Shown: piece after piece, positions 1 through 10,031 of the stretch
How positions within the stretch are numbered: position 1 is the stretch's first letter
Layout: each line of letters begins with the position of its first letter
DNA from: a virus
Length of the DNA: 64,000 nucleotides
IMG/VR virus record: IMGVR_UViG_3300044846_004119
Coordinates: 113,136 to 177,135 of that record
Reading direction: 5' to 3' (one strand)
Notes under the pieces: generated by a model
Seen by the model: only the letters and a program-made list of their open reading frames with translations
What the model was told of the DNA's origin: nothing
The model's database searches: none
Made by a program: the position numbers and the translations under genes

Positions 1-127
1 AGAAAAAATCCACAACTAATTATGAACCGATTAGTTAAAATTTATGGGGATAAATTTTTAGAGTTTGCCGAAAAAGCTTACATTAAGAACTATAAAATAA
101 AATAATATTTAAATTAATTAAAATACA

Positions 128-724
128 ATGAATAATTCGCACGATGAAATTAAAAATTTATTAAAAGCCTCTAGAAAATTATTAAATAATGAGACTATTA
201 ATGAAGATATCCGTAGACAATATGGGGTATTAACCGAACAAGGTGTTGACATGACTGACGATAATGTTACTAAAAAACTTAATATTACACAATCTGTTGA
301 AGACGAAATAGATGATAATACAGAATCCTCAAAAGATAAAACACAAGGGTATAGAATATCTGGTGGTGTATTGGTTTTACATGGTAAAACCCAAACTGAA
401 TTAGAATTAACAACTGATGAAAAAACTGCATTCCAAGAAACTATGGATGAGTTTGTTACTGGGGTTTCTGATTTAGTTGATTTTAATAAGTTAAATGTAT
501 TCCCAAACAATGTTGAATGGTCGGGTAAAATAATTGATTTTGATATTGAGTTTTTTTTCACAATTGGCGAAGAAAATGGAGTTTATATTAATGGACAAAT
601 GATTAAGGTAGATGATAAATTTTTAGATATGGTTAATAAATTAAAAACTTTTTATGAAAAGTTTAAATCAAAATGGGCTAAAATTATGGCATCAAGAAAA
701 AAAACAAAAAAAACCGAAGAATAA
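128..724 (+). CDS. Hypothetical protein with leader-type N-terminus (INE and LTE sites)
   Basis: 198-aa ORF; stop overlaps next start (TAATG). Confidence 0.8.
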   Translation: MNNSHDEIKNLLKASRKLLNNETINEDIRRQYGVLTEQGVDMTDDNVTKKLNITQSVEDEIDDNTESSKDKTQGYRISGGVLVLHGKTQTELELTTDEKTAFQETMDEFVTGVSDLVDFNKLNVFPNNVEWSGKIIDFDIEFFFTIGEENGVYINGQMIKVDDKFLDMVNKLKTFYEKFKSKWAKIMASRKKTKKTEE

Positions 725-1065
725 TGAAAAAATTTTTTAATGAACAAACAATTTTATTATTAATTATTGCCGTATTGGCAATTTGGAATATATTCAACAC
801 TAACAGTATTAAAACGGATGTTGATTCATATAAAGATAAGATAAAGACAATTCAAGTACAAGTAGACTCTGTCCAAACGGTAAATAAAGAAATTGATGGA
901 AAAATTGGTAAAGTTGACAAAAAAATTGTTAATGTTACTAAAGAGATTCATCATATTGATAATACAATAACAATAGTAAAAAATAACACAAATGAAAAAA
1001 TTAATACTGCTGACAATTTTGGCGTTAACGAGCTTGAATTGTTTTTCGCAAACAGGTACCAATAA
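724..1065 (+). CDS. N-terminal TM plus coiled-coil protein (i-spanin-like architecture)
   Basis: Hydrophobic TILLLIIAVLAIWNIF then heptad-like K/D/V-rich stretch. Confidence 0.65.
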   Translation: MKKFFNEQTILLLIIAVLAIWNIFNTNSIKTDVDSYKDKIKTIQVQVDSVQTVNKEIDGKIGKVDKKIVNVTKEIHHIDNTITIVKNNTNEKINTADNFGVNELELFFANRYQ

Positions 1066-1414
1066 AGAATCAGACACCACTAAAGTTGTTTTAACTAAAG
1101 AGGTTGCTAAACAAATTGTGAAAGACTTGATTAGGCTAGATGGATGTCAAGAAGAGTTAAAATTAACTCAAAATAAAATTATTAAACTTGAAGAAAGAGA
1201 AATTCAAAAAGATACAATCATTTCTTTATTGAGAGATAAAGATAAGAATAACCAATTTGTTATTACTCAAAAAGATAAACAATTACAAATATCTGACGAG
1301 TTATCTAAAAGTTTAGGTAAAGAATTAAAAAGTTCTAAACGTACCACTTCCTTATATAAATTAGGAACTTTAGTTGGGATTATATCAACATCACTTTTAT
1401 TAATTATTAAATAA
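992..1414 (+). CDS. Signal peptide, coiled-coil and C-terminal TM protein (spanin-partner candidate)
   Basis: MKKLILLTILALTSLNCFSQ signal; C-terminal LGTLVGIISTSLLLII; overlaps upstream gene out of frame. Confidence 0.65.
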   Translation: MKKLILLTILALTSLNCFSQTGTNKESDTTKVVLTKEVAKQIVKDLIRLDGCQEELKLTQNKIIKLEEREIQKDTIISLLRDKDKNNQFVITQKDKQLQISDELSKSLGKELKSSKRTTSLYKLGTLVGIISTSLLLIIK

Positions 1415-1415
1415 C

Positions 1416-2147
1416 ATGAAAATTAAAGAAACATATTCTGGTGACCTAAAAACTAAAATGGCGGATGAAATGAGTAAAACAGGTGTTTTCTCACAAGGTT
1501 CAGACGCGGTCCAAACTGCAAACTCTTTTATTAGAAGTATACCTGAAAGTAAAAACAAAAAAGAAGAGATTATTCGTAAACCATTAAAGAAAGGTTTTAC
1601 CAATAAGTTAGTTAGTACTAAAAAAATAACAAAACCTATAGGCAAATTAACTATGGGAATGCCAATAATGGGTGAAAAAAAAACAGAATCAACAGAATCA
1701 ACAGGTTCAGGTTCTGCGGGAGGATTCTCAGAGCCATTATTCTCAACAACTAAAAAAGAAATGGAAGAAAATACGTTCAAAGCCCCAAAACTAACTATGT
1801 TTTCGGATGAAAAACCAAAACTTAAAAAAGTTGAGGCGACAGAAGCTACAGGTTCATCATCTTCAGGTGCTTATGAAACCAATGCGGCTTGGGCAAAATC
1901 CACAAGTAAAAAAGATTGGAGAGGTAAATCTAAACCTCAAATACCTGGAGGTAAGTTCGTCCAAGTTAAAGAGAAGTGTAAAAAATTCCCATACTGTAAT
2001 CAAGGAGATATTAAAGCTTTAAAAATATTTGAAAACAATACTGTTAAAAAAGTGATTACAAATATTAGTAAAAAACATAACATAAGTGAAAACGTGATTA
2101 AAACGATACTATCTTATGAGTATGAAAATAGTAAATCTAACAAATAA
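1416..2147 (+). CDS. Hypothetical basic protein with two E-xTGSxSxG modules
   Basis: TESTGSGSAGGF and TEATGSSSSGAY; C-terminal CKKFPYC. Confidence 0.8.
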   Translation: MKIKETYSGDLKTKMADEMSKTGVFSQGSDAVQTANSFIRSIPESKNKKEEIIRKPLKKGFTNKLVSTKKITKPIGKLTMGMPIMGEKKTESTESTGSGSAGGFSEPLFSTTKKEMEENTFKAPKLTMFSDEKPKLKKVEATEATGSSSSGAYETNAAWAKSTSKKDWRGKSKPQIPGGKFVQVKEKCKKFPYCNQGDIKALKIFENNTVKKVITNISKKHNISENVIKTILSYEYENSKSNK

Positions 2148-2184
2148 ACTGAAATATTTAGATATTTATATTAAAAACAAGAAA

Positions 2185-3732
2185 ATGAAAAACACAAATA
2201 ACAAATACCTTGATAATTTGGTCGCTAGATTGGTTAAAGAAACCTTAGAGGAAAGAACCGATGAGTTAACTACCAAGATAAATGAATTAGGTGGTATGGA
2301 TGATGGTCATCCTAAATTTGGTAAGTTAAATTTAAATAAAATGTCAGATGAAGACTTAAATGACTTAATGAGTTCTAATGTTGAAGGTGATGACGACGAC
2401 TATAAAGACCGAAGTGCGTATAAACCATATTATGGTGAAGAAGATGGTGACGATGATTTCCAAGACGATGATTTCCAATACAATGGTGACATTGACAATG
2501 ACTTTGATAATGATGAGGAATTAGACGAATCATCAGAAGTATGTGAATGTGGTGGTGGTATGTATGAAGGTATTTGTGAAGAATGTGGTTATAGTAAAGT
2601 AGACGAAGGAATTGATGATGAAGAAGACCTTAATGGTAAATTTGATTATGTTGAGGAAGAAGTTGATTTTGAAGATGAGGAAGAAATTGAAGACGAGACT
2701 CAATCAGAAGATAAAGAGGCTTGCAAGTACCATATGGATAATTTTGGTCCTGAGGACAAAAGAACACAACAGTTCTGTGGTTCAAATAAAATGGGTTTAA
2801 ACAAATTTAAATTCTCAATGAATGAAAGATTAAAAGGTCGACAAAGAAATATTGACAAAAACAAAAATGGTAAAATTGATTCTGAAGATTTTGAAATGTT
2901 AAGAAAAGGTGAGACTAAAGAAGGTAAAATGAATGAGAAATTAAAAGGTCGACAAAGAAATATTGACAAAAACAAAAATGGTAAAATTGATTCTGAAGAT
3001 TTTGAAATGTTAAGAAAAGGTGAGACTAAAGAAGGTAAAAAATCTGTTAAACTTTCTGAGAACGAAATGATTGATTTAATAGAAAAACTTGTTAGAGAAG
3101 AAAATGCTGGCAAAAAACAAACTAATAATATTAAAAGTGCCGGAAAACCTAAAGGACTTACAAAATACGAACAAATTCACACTAAAGATGGTAAAGAAAA
3201 TGATAACTATCTTAAGGATGTTTCTAAAAAAATGAAAGATTATTTAAAAGACGGTTCTAAAGGTGATTTTGATATGAACCCTAAAATGTTTCCTAAAGGA
3301 AATGGTGAATTAGCAACAATGAAAAAGAAAGCATATATCCCATCAACTGCGGTTGAGGACTACGTTGACAACTTTACGGCTGCTGCGTTAGAAAATTTAG
3401 ATTACGATGGTATCCATGCAAATGAAGAATGGGTAACAGATAACATCGAAGGTTCTTCAAGAACAGGTAATAACCCTGAATGGGCTAACACGGGGGAATC
3501 TGATGTGAACAAAAAACGTAACAAAATCAGAAAAGATAATATGTTGGCTAAACTTAAGAGAAAGGCCTACAACAAATCACCACAACCAGTTGTTAACGAT
3601 ACTGCGGGTGAAGATAAAGGTAGTGTGATTATGGCTAAATTAGAGTCAACTGAACCAAAACAAGCGAAACAAATTAATGAAGAGTTTGATAGAATGAAAT
3701 CTTTAATAGGTTACAATCAAAAAACTCAATAA
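2185..3732 (+). CDS. Modular acidic protein with tandem EF-hand-like repeats (putative head-internal protein)
   Basis: Start moved to 2185 behind TATTTATA at 2163; CECGG..CEECG microdomain; two DKNKNGKIDSED loops. Confidence 0.8.
   Translation: MKNTNNKYLDNLVARLVKETLEERTDELTTKINELGGMDDGHPKFGKLNLNKMSDEDLNDLMSSNVEGDDDDYKDRSAYKPYYGEEDGDDDFQDDDFQYNGDIDNDFDNDEELDESSEVCECGGGMYEGICEECGYSKVDEGIDDEEDLNGKFDYVEEEVDFEDEEEIEDETQSEDKEACKYHMDNFGPEDKRTQQFCGSNKMGLNKFKFSMNERLKGRQRNIDKNKNGKIDSEDFEMLRKGETKEGKMNEKLKGRQRNIDKNKNGKIDSEDFEMLRKGETKEGKKSVKLSENEMIDLIEKLVREENAGKKQTNNIKSAGKPKGLTKYEQIHTKDGKENDNYLKDVSKKMKDYLKDGSKGDFDMNPKMFPKGNGELATMKKKAYIPSTAVEDYVDNFTAAALENLDYDGIHANEEWVTDNIEGSSRTGNNPEWANTGESDVNKKRNKIRKDNMLAKLKRKAYNKSPQPVVNDTAGEDKGSVIMAKLESTEPKQAKQINEEFDRMKSLIGYNQKTQ
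2818..3039 (+). repeat. 111-bp in-frame tandem duplication (37 aa)
   Basis: 2818-2928 and 2929-3039 differ at 2 positions (gaaagatta vs gagaaatta). Confidence 0.95.
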
Positions 3733-3779
3733 TTTACAAACACATAATATAACTTATAATTTCTCCATAGACTAACTCT

Positions 3780-4247
3780 ATGGAGAATTTTTTTAATTAC
3801 ATATCAAATCCGTTAACTCCTGAGGATGTTGACATCTGGTTTAGGGTAAATAATATCATACCTGAAAAAATAGAGTTATTTTCCGACTTCTCACATTCCC
3901 TGAACATATTAATTGTTGAAACTTATTTAGGTGAGAATAACACCGCAAATGAAACCAAAATTGTTATGTCGTTAGACGATAATCACAAACATTTTGAATG
4001 GTGTTGGAATAAAATAATTGATAACTTTACTAAAGAGAATATTAGATTCCAACCAATTGGTGACCACTACGAATACTTCCAATCATTTTTTGTTGATATC
4101 TTTTATAATCAAAGTGACGTTAAAATTAGACATTCTATTGATAGTTACCTCAACGACCTTTTTGACACCAAAAAATCTTTCACTAAATCTGATTTAGATA
4201 TGATATTAACCATATATAAAGTGTTAGATAAAAATCTTAAAATTTAA
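3780..4247 (+). CDS. Hypothetical protein
   Basis: 155-aa ORF. Confidence 0.75.
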   Translation: MENFFNYISNPLTPEDVDIWFRVNNIIPEKIELFSDFSHSLNILIVETYLGENNTANETKIVMSLDDNHKHFEWCWNKIIDNFTKENIRFQPIGDHYEYFQSFFVDIFYNQSDVKIRHSIDSYLNDLFDTKKSFTKSDLDMILTIYKVLDKNLKI

Positions 4248-4329
4248 AAAATACCTTTATAGTGTTTACTATAGACCAAAAAAAATTATTTTATAATAAA
4301 ACAATAAATAAACTAATTGAATTTTAAAA

Positions 4330-4506
4330 ATGGAAACATTAGAACAAATTAAAACACTAACTGAAGAATTGTCACAAGAAGTGGCCAAATTCTTTAAAGG
4401 TAATAAAAGTGCGGGTACTAGAGCTAGAAAAAACGCTCATGACTTGAAAAATTTATTACAAACACTAAGAACTGAAATACTTGAAGAAAGAAAAAAACCT
4501 CAATAA
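4330..4506 (+). CDS. Histone H1-like (Hc1-family) nucleoid protein
   Basis: Not in ORF track; METLEQIKTLTEELSQEVAKFFKGNKSAGTRARKNAHDLKNLLQTLRTEILEERKKPQ carries the GNKxAGxRARK motif. Confidence 0.8.
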   Translation: METLEQIKTLTEELSQEVAKFFKGNKSAGTRARKNAHDLKNLLQTLRTEILEERKKPQ

Positions 4507-4694
4507 TGCATAATTTAAATGCAATATATTTGTTTTTATTTATCTTTTCGGTTCTGACCGTAATTAGAACGGTCGCTAGGTTTATAAGTACCCTATTACA
4601 GAACCCACCAAGTCAACTAAAATTGACTAGGTGGGAACTTATACACTTAGGATTATCACTATCCTATGTCATAACCTATTTTATTAAAAATTAA
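4506..4694 (+). CDS. Small two-TM membrane protein
   Basis: Two hydrophobic segments; coupled to upstream stop. Confidence 0.7.
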   Translation: MHNLNAIYLFLFIFSVLTVIRTVARFISTLLQNPPSQLKLTRWELIHLGLSLSYVITYFIKN

Positions 4695-4696
4695 TT

Positions 4697-5146
4697 ATGA
4701 GTTTATATAAAGAGTTTTCAACATTACTTCCATACATACAGTCTGTAAGGAAACTTAAAAACTATTTAAGTTTTGACGTTAGTTTTCCTAAAACATGGAA
4801 ATTACCTAAAAAATATATTGAAGAAGATAAAATTTTAGAACAAGAAAGTACTATTATTGATAATAGATTTTTTTCTTTTGTATCTGAGATAACTGAAGAA
4901 GGTGTTGAAAACACATCTAAAAATATTCAAAATATTATTAAATATAATTTAGAAAGAGAAGAGAAAGAAAAATTATTCCAAAATAAAGTAGATGAATTAA
5001 AGCATATTTTTGAAAAACAAAATCTTAAAAACTTAAAAAGTTTACAATTTGAAATAAAAAATAATAAATTAGAACTTGAATACGATGAAGAAGAGCTCGA
5101 AGGTGCTAGAGTGGTTCCAGAACGAATTAACAAAGGACAAGATTGA
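4697..5146 (+). CDS. Hypothetical protein
   Basis: 149-aa ORF in operon. Confidence 0.75.
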   Translation: MSLYKEFSTLLPYIQSVRKLKNYLSFDVSFPKTWKLPKKYIEEDKILEQESTIIDNRFFSFVSEITEEGVENTSKNIQNIIKYNLEREEKEKLFQNKVDELKHIFEKQNLKNLKSLQFEIKNNKLELEYDEEELEGARVVPERINKGQD

Positions 5147-5279
5147 TTTAGATAAAGGAAAGTCTGATTTAATCAACCAAATTAAAAAATTAAAAAAGGA
5201 AGAAATACTTCCTAAAATACCTCAAACCCCTGAAAAAATATCACTATGGAAGAGAATCAAAAAAGTATTGATGGGATAA
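5076..5279 (+). CDS. Hypothetical small protein
   Basis: 67-aa ORF overlapping neighbours. Confidence 0.6.
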   Translation: MNTMKKSSKVLEWFQNELTKDKIDLDKGKSDLINQIKKLKKEEILPKIPQTPEKISLWKRIKKVLMG

Positions 5280-5560
5280 TTGAAAAATTAGCGTTAGTTG
5301 CTGATGCGATTGACAGTTTATTTCCTGATGGAAAATCCGCAATCGCCTTTGAACTTAAATCAGAAGATTTTAAAAGAGTTCAAAATAACTTTCGACAAGT
5401 TGACCATACACATAAACAATTCAAAATAGTTATTTCAAATACCGAATTTATGTTTTTGTTGGATGGGTTGTTGATTGACGAAACAGATAGGTTTTCGGAA
5501 ACCCTTTCTCAGATAAAATTAAATAAAGATACTTCCTCTGAGCAGTTGAATAATCTTTAA
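5246..5560 (+). CDS. Hypothetical protein
   Basis: 104-aa ORF; 3' end overlaps a convergent gene. Confidence 0.6.
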   Translation: MEENQKSIDGIIEKLALVADAIDSLFPDGKSAIAFELKSEDFKRVQNNFRQVDHTHKQFKIVISNTEFMFLLDGLLIDETDRFSETLSQIKLNKDTSSEQLNNL

Positions 5561-6095
5561 CAAACATACAATCACTTCTTTTTTGAGATATGAAATTTTC
5601 AGAAAGATTATCTAATAGTCTTGATGAATCATCATCATTTTTTAATGTGAATAAATTATAATTGTCATCGTTTTGTACAATTACTTTATTATTTAATTTA
5701 GATATCATTTTTAAACCAGGTGGGTCTAAATATTTTTTAATAAAATCATTGATTGTTATTCTAGTATTGGTGGAATAGTCAACAATAAGTTCCTCTAAAT
5801 TATATTTTGATATTTTGATAATTGAGAAATCATTATCGTCTAAGTCAACTTTAACCTGTCTACCAAAAACATCTTTCATATACATTGGTGACAAAGTTCC
5901 TGATGTTTTTTCTAACAATGCTAATTCATACAATGATTCGTAACCATTTTCATATTTTTTATCAAAAAAAATGGAATTACTTTTCTCAACCAATAAATTA
6001 TATAACTCATTTGCTTTTTTATGTGTTTTAAATTTATTGATTATTTTCTTTTTTACTTTATTCTTAAACAGTACTACTTGATAGTTGTATGACAT
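5448..6095 (-). CDS. Hypothetical protein
   Basis: 215-aa ORF with protein-like composition. Confidence 0.75.
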   Translation of the reverse strand: MSYNYQVVLFKNKVKKKIINKFKTHKKANELYNLLVEKSNSIFFDKKYENGYESLYELALLEKTSGTLSPMYMKDVFGRQVKVDLDDNDFSIIKISKYNLEELIVDYSTNTRITINDFIKKYLDPPGLKMISKLNNKVIVQNDDNYNLFTLKNDDDSSRLLDNLSENFISQKRSDCMFVKDYSTAQRKYLYLILSEKGFPKTYLFRQSTTHPTKT

Positions 6096-6144
6096 TGAAA
6101 AATGATAATATTAACTAAATTAGTTTCAAAACAAATATAAGTAA

Positions 6145-7068
6145 ATGAGTATGGATAATTTTTACAATACAATAGGGGTTAATGAAACCGCAACACAAGA
6201 TGAGATTAAAAAAGCTTACCGTAAATTAGCAATTGAACATCATCCAGATAAAGGTGGTGATGAAAATAAATTTAAAAAAATTTCGGAAGCCTACGATACT
6301 TTAGGTGACGAGATTAAAAGAAGTCAATATGACAATCAAAGGCAAAATCCTTTTAATAACATGGGAGGTGGAGGATTCAACCCATTTGAAGATTTGTTTA
6401 AAGGAGCATTTCATACTCAAAGAAGACGAACTGTTCCTGATAAAGTAATTGAAGTTCAGATTAGTGCTCTTGAATCGTTTATTGCGGGGGATAAGGTAAT
6501 TAGTTATTCAAGACAACATATGTGTAATGATTGTGTTGGACAAGGTGGAGATAGAGACACTTGTAATGTATGTAATGGAGATGGATTTATTGTTCAAAAA
6601 ATTGGTGGAAGTATGTTTTCTCAGGTGGTTAGACAAACGTGTAACAAATGTAAAGGGAATGGATTCGCCTATAAAAAAACTTGTGGTACTTGCCACGGAC
6701 AAACAACTAGGTCTGAAACGGAATCAATTAAGATTAAATTACCACATGGGATTGATGATGGACAATTTTTAAGGTTACAAGGTAAAGGTGATTATAAAGA
6801 TGGTATGTATGGTAATTTGGTTATTAGAGTTAAAGTGATGTCTGAAAATAATTTTGAAAAACTTGGGGATGATTTAATCTATAACGCTTATTTTGATTTA
6901 AATGGGTTACACAGTGATAATTTAGAGATTCCGCATCCACAAGGGAATATATCAATTAAATTACCAACTCAATTTGATACATCAAAACCCCTTAGAGTTA
7001 AATCTAAAGGGTATAATAATGTTGGTGATATGTTTGTTAAACTTTTTGTTAGGTTTAACCGTAATTAA
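6145..7068 (+). CDS. dnaJ: DnaJ chaperone
   Basis: J-domain with HPD, G/F region, four CxxCxGx(G/T) repeats, C-terminal IKLPHGIDDGQ. Confidence 0.95.
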   Translation: MSMDNFYNTIGVNETATQDEIKKAYRKLAIEHHPDKGGDENKFKKISEAYDTLGDEIKRSQYDNQRQNPFNNMGGGGFNPFEDLFKGAFHTQRRRTVPDKVIEVQISALESFIAGDKVISYSRQHMCNDCVGQGGDRDTCNVCNGDGFIVQKIGGSMFSQVVRQTCNKCKGNGFAYKKTCGTCHGQTTRSETESIKIKLPHGIDDGQFLRLQGKGDYKDGMYGNLVIRVKVMSENNFEKLGDDLIYNAYFDLNGLHSDNLEIPHPQGNISIKLPTQFDTSKPLRVKSKGYNNVGDMFVKLFVRFNRN

Positions 7069-7268
7069 TTTGTGAAGTAATTTTGAGCTTCGTGTATTAA
7101 TTTTATAGTCCCGTATATTGCGGCAAATAAAATATAGAATGATATTGCAATTAAAAACCACTGTTGTTTTCGGAATTTACCACAAGAACTACATTTTTTT
7201 GTTGATTTAGAGGATTTACCTGTATTAATTTCGGTTTCATCAATTACTGTTCCTTCGACTGTATCCAT
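7065..7268 (-). CDS. Small membrane protein with CxxC
   Basis: CSSC followed by one TM helix. Confidence 0.65.
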   Translation of the reverse strand: MDTVEGTVIDETEINTGKSSKSTKKCSSCGKFRKQQWFLIAISFYILFAAIYGTIKLIHEAQNYFTN

Positions 7269-7386
7269 TGTTTTTTAAATTTAAATAGTTTATGACCCAA
7301 AAGTAATCTAAAAATACATTAAAGTAAAATACCTAAAACATTTGCCTTTTTGGTTTTTTTCACTTATACTTTTAAAAAAAATAACT

Positions 7387-8226
7387 ATGCTATCATACAT
7401 CGGAGGTAAAAGTAAAATTGGAAAGTGGATTGTCCCTTTCTACCCTGAGGATATGGAGACGTACGTAGAAACATTCGGAGGGATGTTTTGGTGTTTCTTC
7501 AACATGGATTTATCCAAATATCCAAATCTTAAAGAAGTCGTATATAACGACTTCAATCCATTAAATTATAACTTGTTTCAATGTGTTAAAAATCCTAAAC
7601 TATTATTGGATGCGATTAATGCAATACCATGTCAACAATTTGGTGAAGAAATTACACCGTCAATTTACAAAGAACAATTTATCAGCTTCCAAGCTGAAAT
7701 ATTTGCCGATAATTACAGCGTACAACCTGGCGATTATGTTGTTGCCGCGAAATATGCTTACGTATTAACACAAGTATTTAGTGGTAGTAAACCTGAAACG
7801 AGTGGTTTTATTGACTTAAAAGGTAAGTATAAATCAAAATACCTTACATTTAGAGATAAGTTATCTAAACCTGAATGGGTTGAACATTTTTTAAAGATAA
7901 CCAAGGTTGAGAATATGGATTTTGAGGATGTTATTAAAAAATATGACTCACCAACAACATATATCTATTTGGACCCACCTTATTGGAAAACGGAAAATTA
8001 TTACAATAATCATGACTTTGATAGAGATGACCATGAGAGATTGGCTAATGTATTAAAAGATATTAAAGGTAAATTTAGTTTATCTTATTATGACTTTGAA
8101 TTATTACATACTTGGTTTCCTGAACCAAAATATCGATGGGAGAAAAAAGAATTCGCCAAAGCTGCGGCGGCTAAAAAAGGTAAGACTCAAAACATGGGGG
8201 AAGAACTTTTAATTATGAATTACTAA
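7387..8226 (+). CDS. D12-class N6-adenine DNA methyltransferase (Dam-like)
   Basis: YIGGKSK, ETFGG, YNDFN, YLDPPY motifs; ATG at 7387. Confidence 0.9.
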   Translation: MLSYIGGKSKIGKWIVPFYPEDMETYVETFGGMFWCFFNMDLSKYPNLKEVVYNDFNPLNYNLFQCVKNPKLLLDAINAIPCQQFGEEITPSIYKEQFISFQAEIFADNYSVQPGDYVVAAKYAYVLTQVFSGSKPETSGFIDLKGKYKSKYLTFRDKLSKPEWVEHFLKITKVENMDFEDVIKKYDSPTTYIYLDPPYWKTENYYNNHDFDRDDHERLANVLKDIKGKFSLSYYDFELLHTWFPEPKYRWEKKEFAKAAAAKKGKTQNMGEELLIMNY

Positions 8227-8275
8227 ATAATGGATTATTTCTTAATTCTGAATATTTATATTAAAAACATTTAAA

Positions 8276-9652
8276 ATGAGAATAACAACATTACTTTCGA
8301 ATTTAATAGTAGAACAATCTAGATTTCAGGTTTTATTTGATAAATTAGTTAAACCTGCCACTAAATCTAAAAATATTGAGACAGGAAAAAAACCAAAAGG
8401 TATTATGGATTTTGAAACCCTAAAGGCGATTATCCTTGCTGACCCAACAACTAGAGTACCTGAAGGTAAAGATATAGACACTTTATCCATGGAAGATATG
8501 GAAAGAGTTAAAGTTGGTAAATACTCACAATGGTTACTTAAAAACTATGTTAGTCCTCAGATTGAAACTGATGATGAAGTTGATTTTAAAAGTCCTGCAT
8601 ATCAAAAGTCTTTAGTTGAAGGCCGAAGATTATTCATGGAGGATTTATATAAAACTACCGCTGATTTAGTTAAGTTTGAAAAGGCTAAACCCTATTTACC
8701 CCAAGAACAAAGAGACATCAATAAATTTACGGTAACATCATTATTTGATACTTTAAAAGATTTTCAAATTCCTGAAAAGAAAAGGGGTGAACTTGAAAAG
8801 AAAGAAGCTAAAAAATCAAGAGAAGGTTTTAACCACGCTGGTGGTAAAATCGTTTATGAAGGTCCAAATTGGACAATGATTAAAATTGAAGACCAAGGTA
8901 GTGTTGGTAAAGACGCGGCGGTTTACTATGGTGGATTCCATGAGTACGACCAAGGAGAATCAAGATGGTGTACGTCATCACCTGGATTAACTTATTTTAA
9001 TGGATACATTAAAGATGGCCCATTATATGTCGTATTTCCAAATGATGACAAAGGTTTAGTTGGTAAAAAAACAGGTTTACCACAAGAAAGATTCCAATTC
9101 CATTTCCCTTCAAATCAGTTTATGGATAGACATGACAGACAAATTAATTTAGTTGAATATTTGAACGGACCTATGTCTGAACTCAAGGACTTCTTCAAAC
9201 CTGAATTTGCGAAAGGATTAGTAACTAAAGGTGGTAATAAGGTTGAAATTAACTATCCTGATAGTTCTGCGGGTAAATTTGTTGCTTTATATGGATTTGA
9301 TGAATTATTTGATAGTTTACCTGAAAATATAGAACACTTATTAATTAATAACAAATCAAAAGAAGAGATTGCGTTAACAGTTCCTGAGTCTTTAGGTAGA
9401 TTCAAAGACTTACAAGCATTGTTATTACAAAATATCGCTAAAACATTACCTGAGTCAATCGGTCAATTACAGAATTTAAATTTCTTGGCGTTACCGTCAA
9501 ATAAATCGTTACAAAGTTTACCTGAATCAATTGCTGATATACCAGGTTTAGCGTTTATTAACTTAAAAGATAGTAACCCTGGTGTTAAAATACCTGAAAG
9601 ATTAAAAGAAAAACTATCTGATGAAGGTAGTGGGTTTTATTATGTAAACTAA
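8276..9652 (+). CDS. PcfJ-like domain plus C-terminal leucine-rich-repeat protein
   Basis: RWCTS..YFNGY..GPLYVV..FQFH core; repeats VPESLGRFKDL, LPESIGQLQNL, LPESIADIPGL. Confidence 0.75.
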   Translation: MRITTLLSNLIVEQSRFQVLFDKLVKPATKSKNIETGKKPKGIMDFETLKAIILADPTTRVPEGKDIDTLSMEDMERVKVGKYSQWLLKNYVSPQIETDDEVDFKSPAYQKSLVEGRRLFMEDLYKTTADLVKFEKAKPYLPQEQRDINKFTVTSLFDTLKDFQIPEKKRGELEKKEAKKSREGFNHAGGKIVYEGPNWTMIKIEDQGSVGKDAAVYYGGFHEYDQGESRWCTSSPGLTYFNGYIKDGPLYVVFPNDDKGLVGKKTGLPQERFQFHFPSNQFMDRHDRQINLVEYLNGPMSELKDFFKPEFAKGLVTKGGNKVEINYPDSSAGKFVALYGFDELFDSLPENIEHLLINNKSKEEIALTVPESLGRFKDLQALLLQNIAKTLPESIGQLQNLNFLALPSNKSLQSLPESIADIPGLAFINLKDSNPGVKIPERLKEKLSDEGSGFYYVN

Positions 9653-9681
9653 TTTACTTATTTTTTTACAAAAATAATGTT

Positions 9682-9972
9682 ATGGGAAATGTTGACGTAG
9701 ACATATATGTTAATCAGTTTATATCATTTTTTGATAAAAACCCTGAAGAGTTAAAAATTTTAATCGGTGATGTGGATAAAAATGAATTTTATCTTAAAGT
9801 TACTGAACAATGTTATGTTAATGTTGAAAATGGGGAAGAAATTTCTTTAACAAGGCCTCAGATACTTAAAATAATTGTTAAACTTAGAAAGAGTGAAATT
9901 ACTATCTTTGAAAAAACTAAGATTTACGAAATTCACCAAAAAACAAAATTCGGAAACATTTGTTTAAATTAA
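9682..9972 (+). CDS. Hypothetical protein
   Basis: 96-aa ORF. Confidence 0.7.
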   Translation: MGNVDVDIYVNQFISFFDKNPEELKILIGDVDKNEFYLKVTEQCYVNVENGEEISLTRPQILKIIVKLRKSEITIFEKTKIYEIHQKTKFGNICLN

Positions 9973-9973
9973 A

Positions 9974-10005
9974 TTTGGTAATATGAATGGTATTCATTAC
10001 TTTTG
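9974..10005 (+). promoter_or_regulatory. Bacteroidota sigma-A-type promoter
   Basis: TTTG (9974), 20-nt spacer, TACTTTTG (9998). Confidence 0.75.
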
Positions 10006-10031
10006 TATTATAAATTTAAAAACAACAAAAT

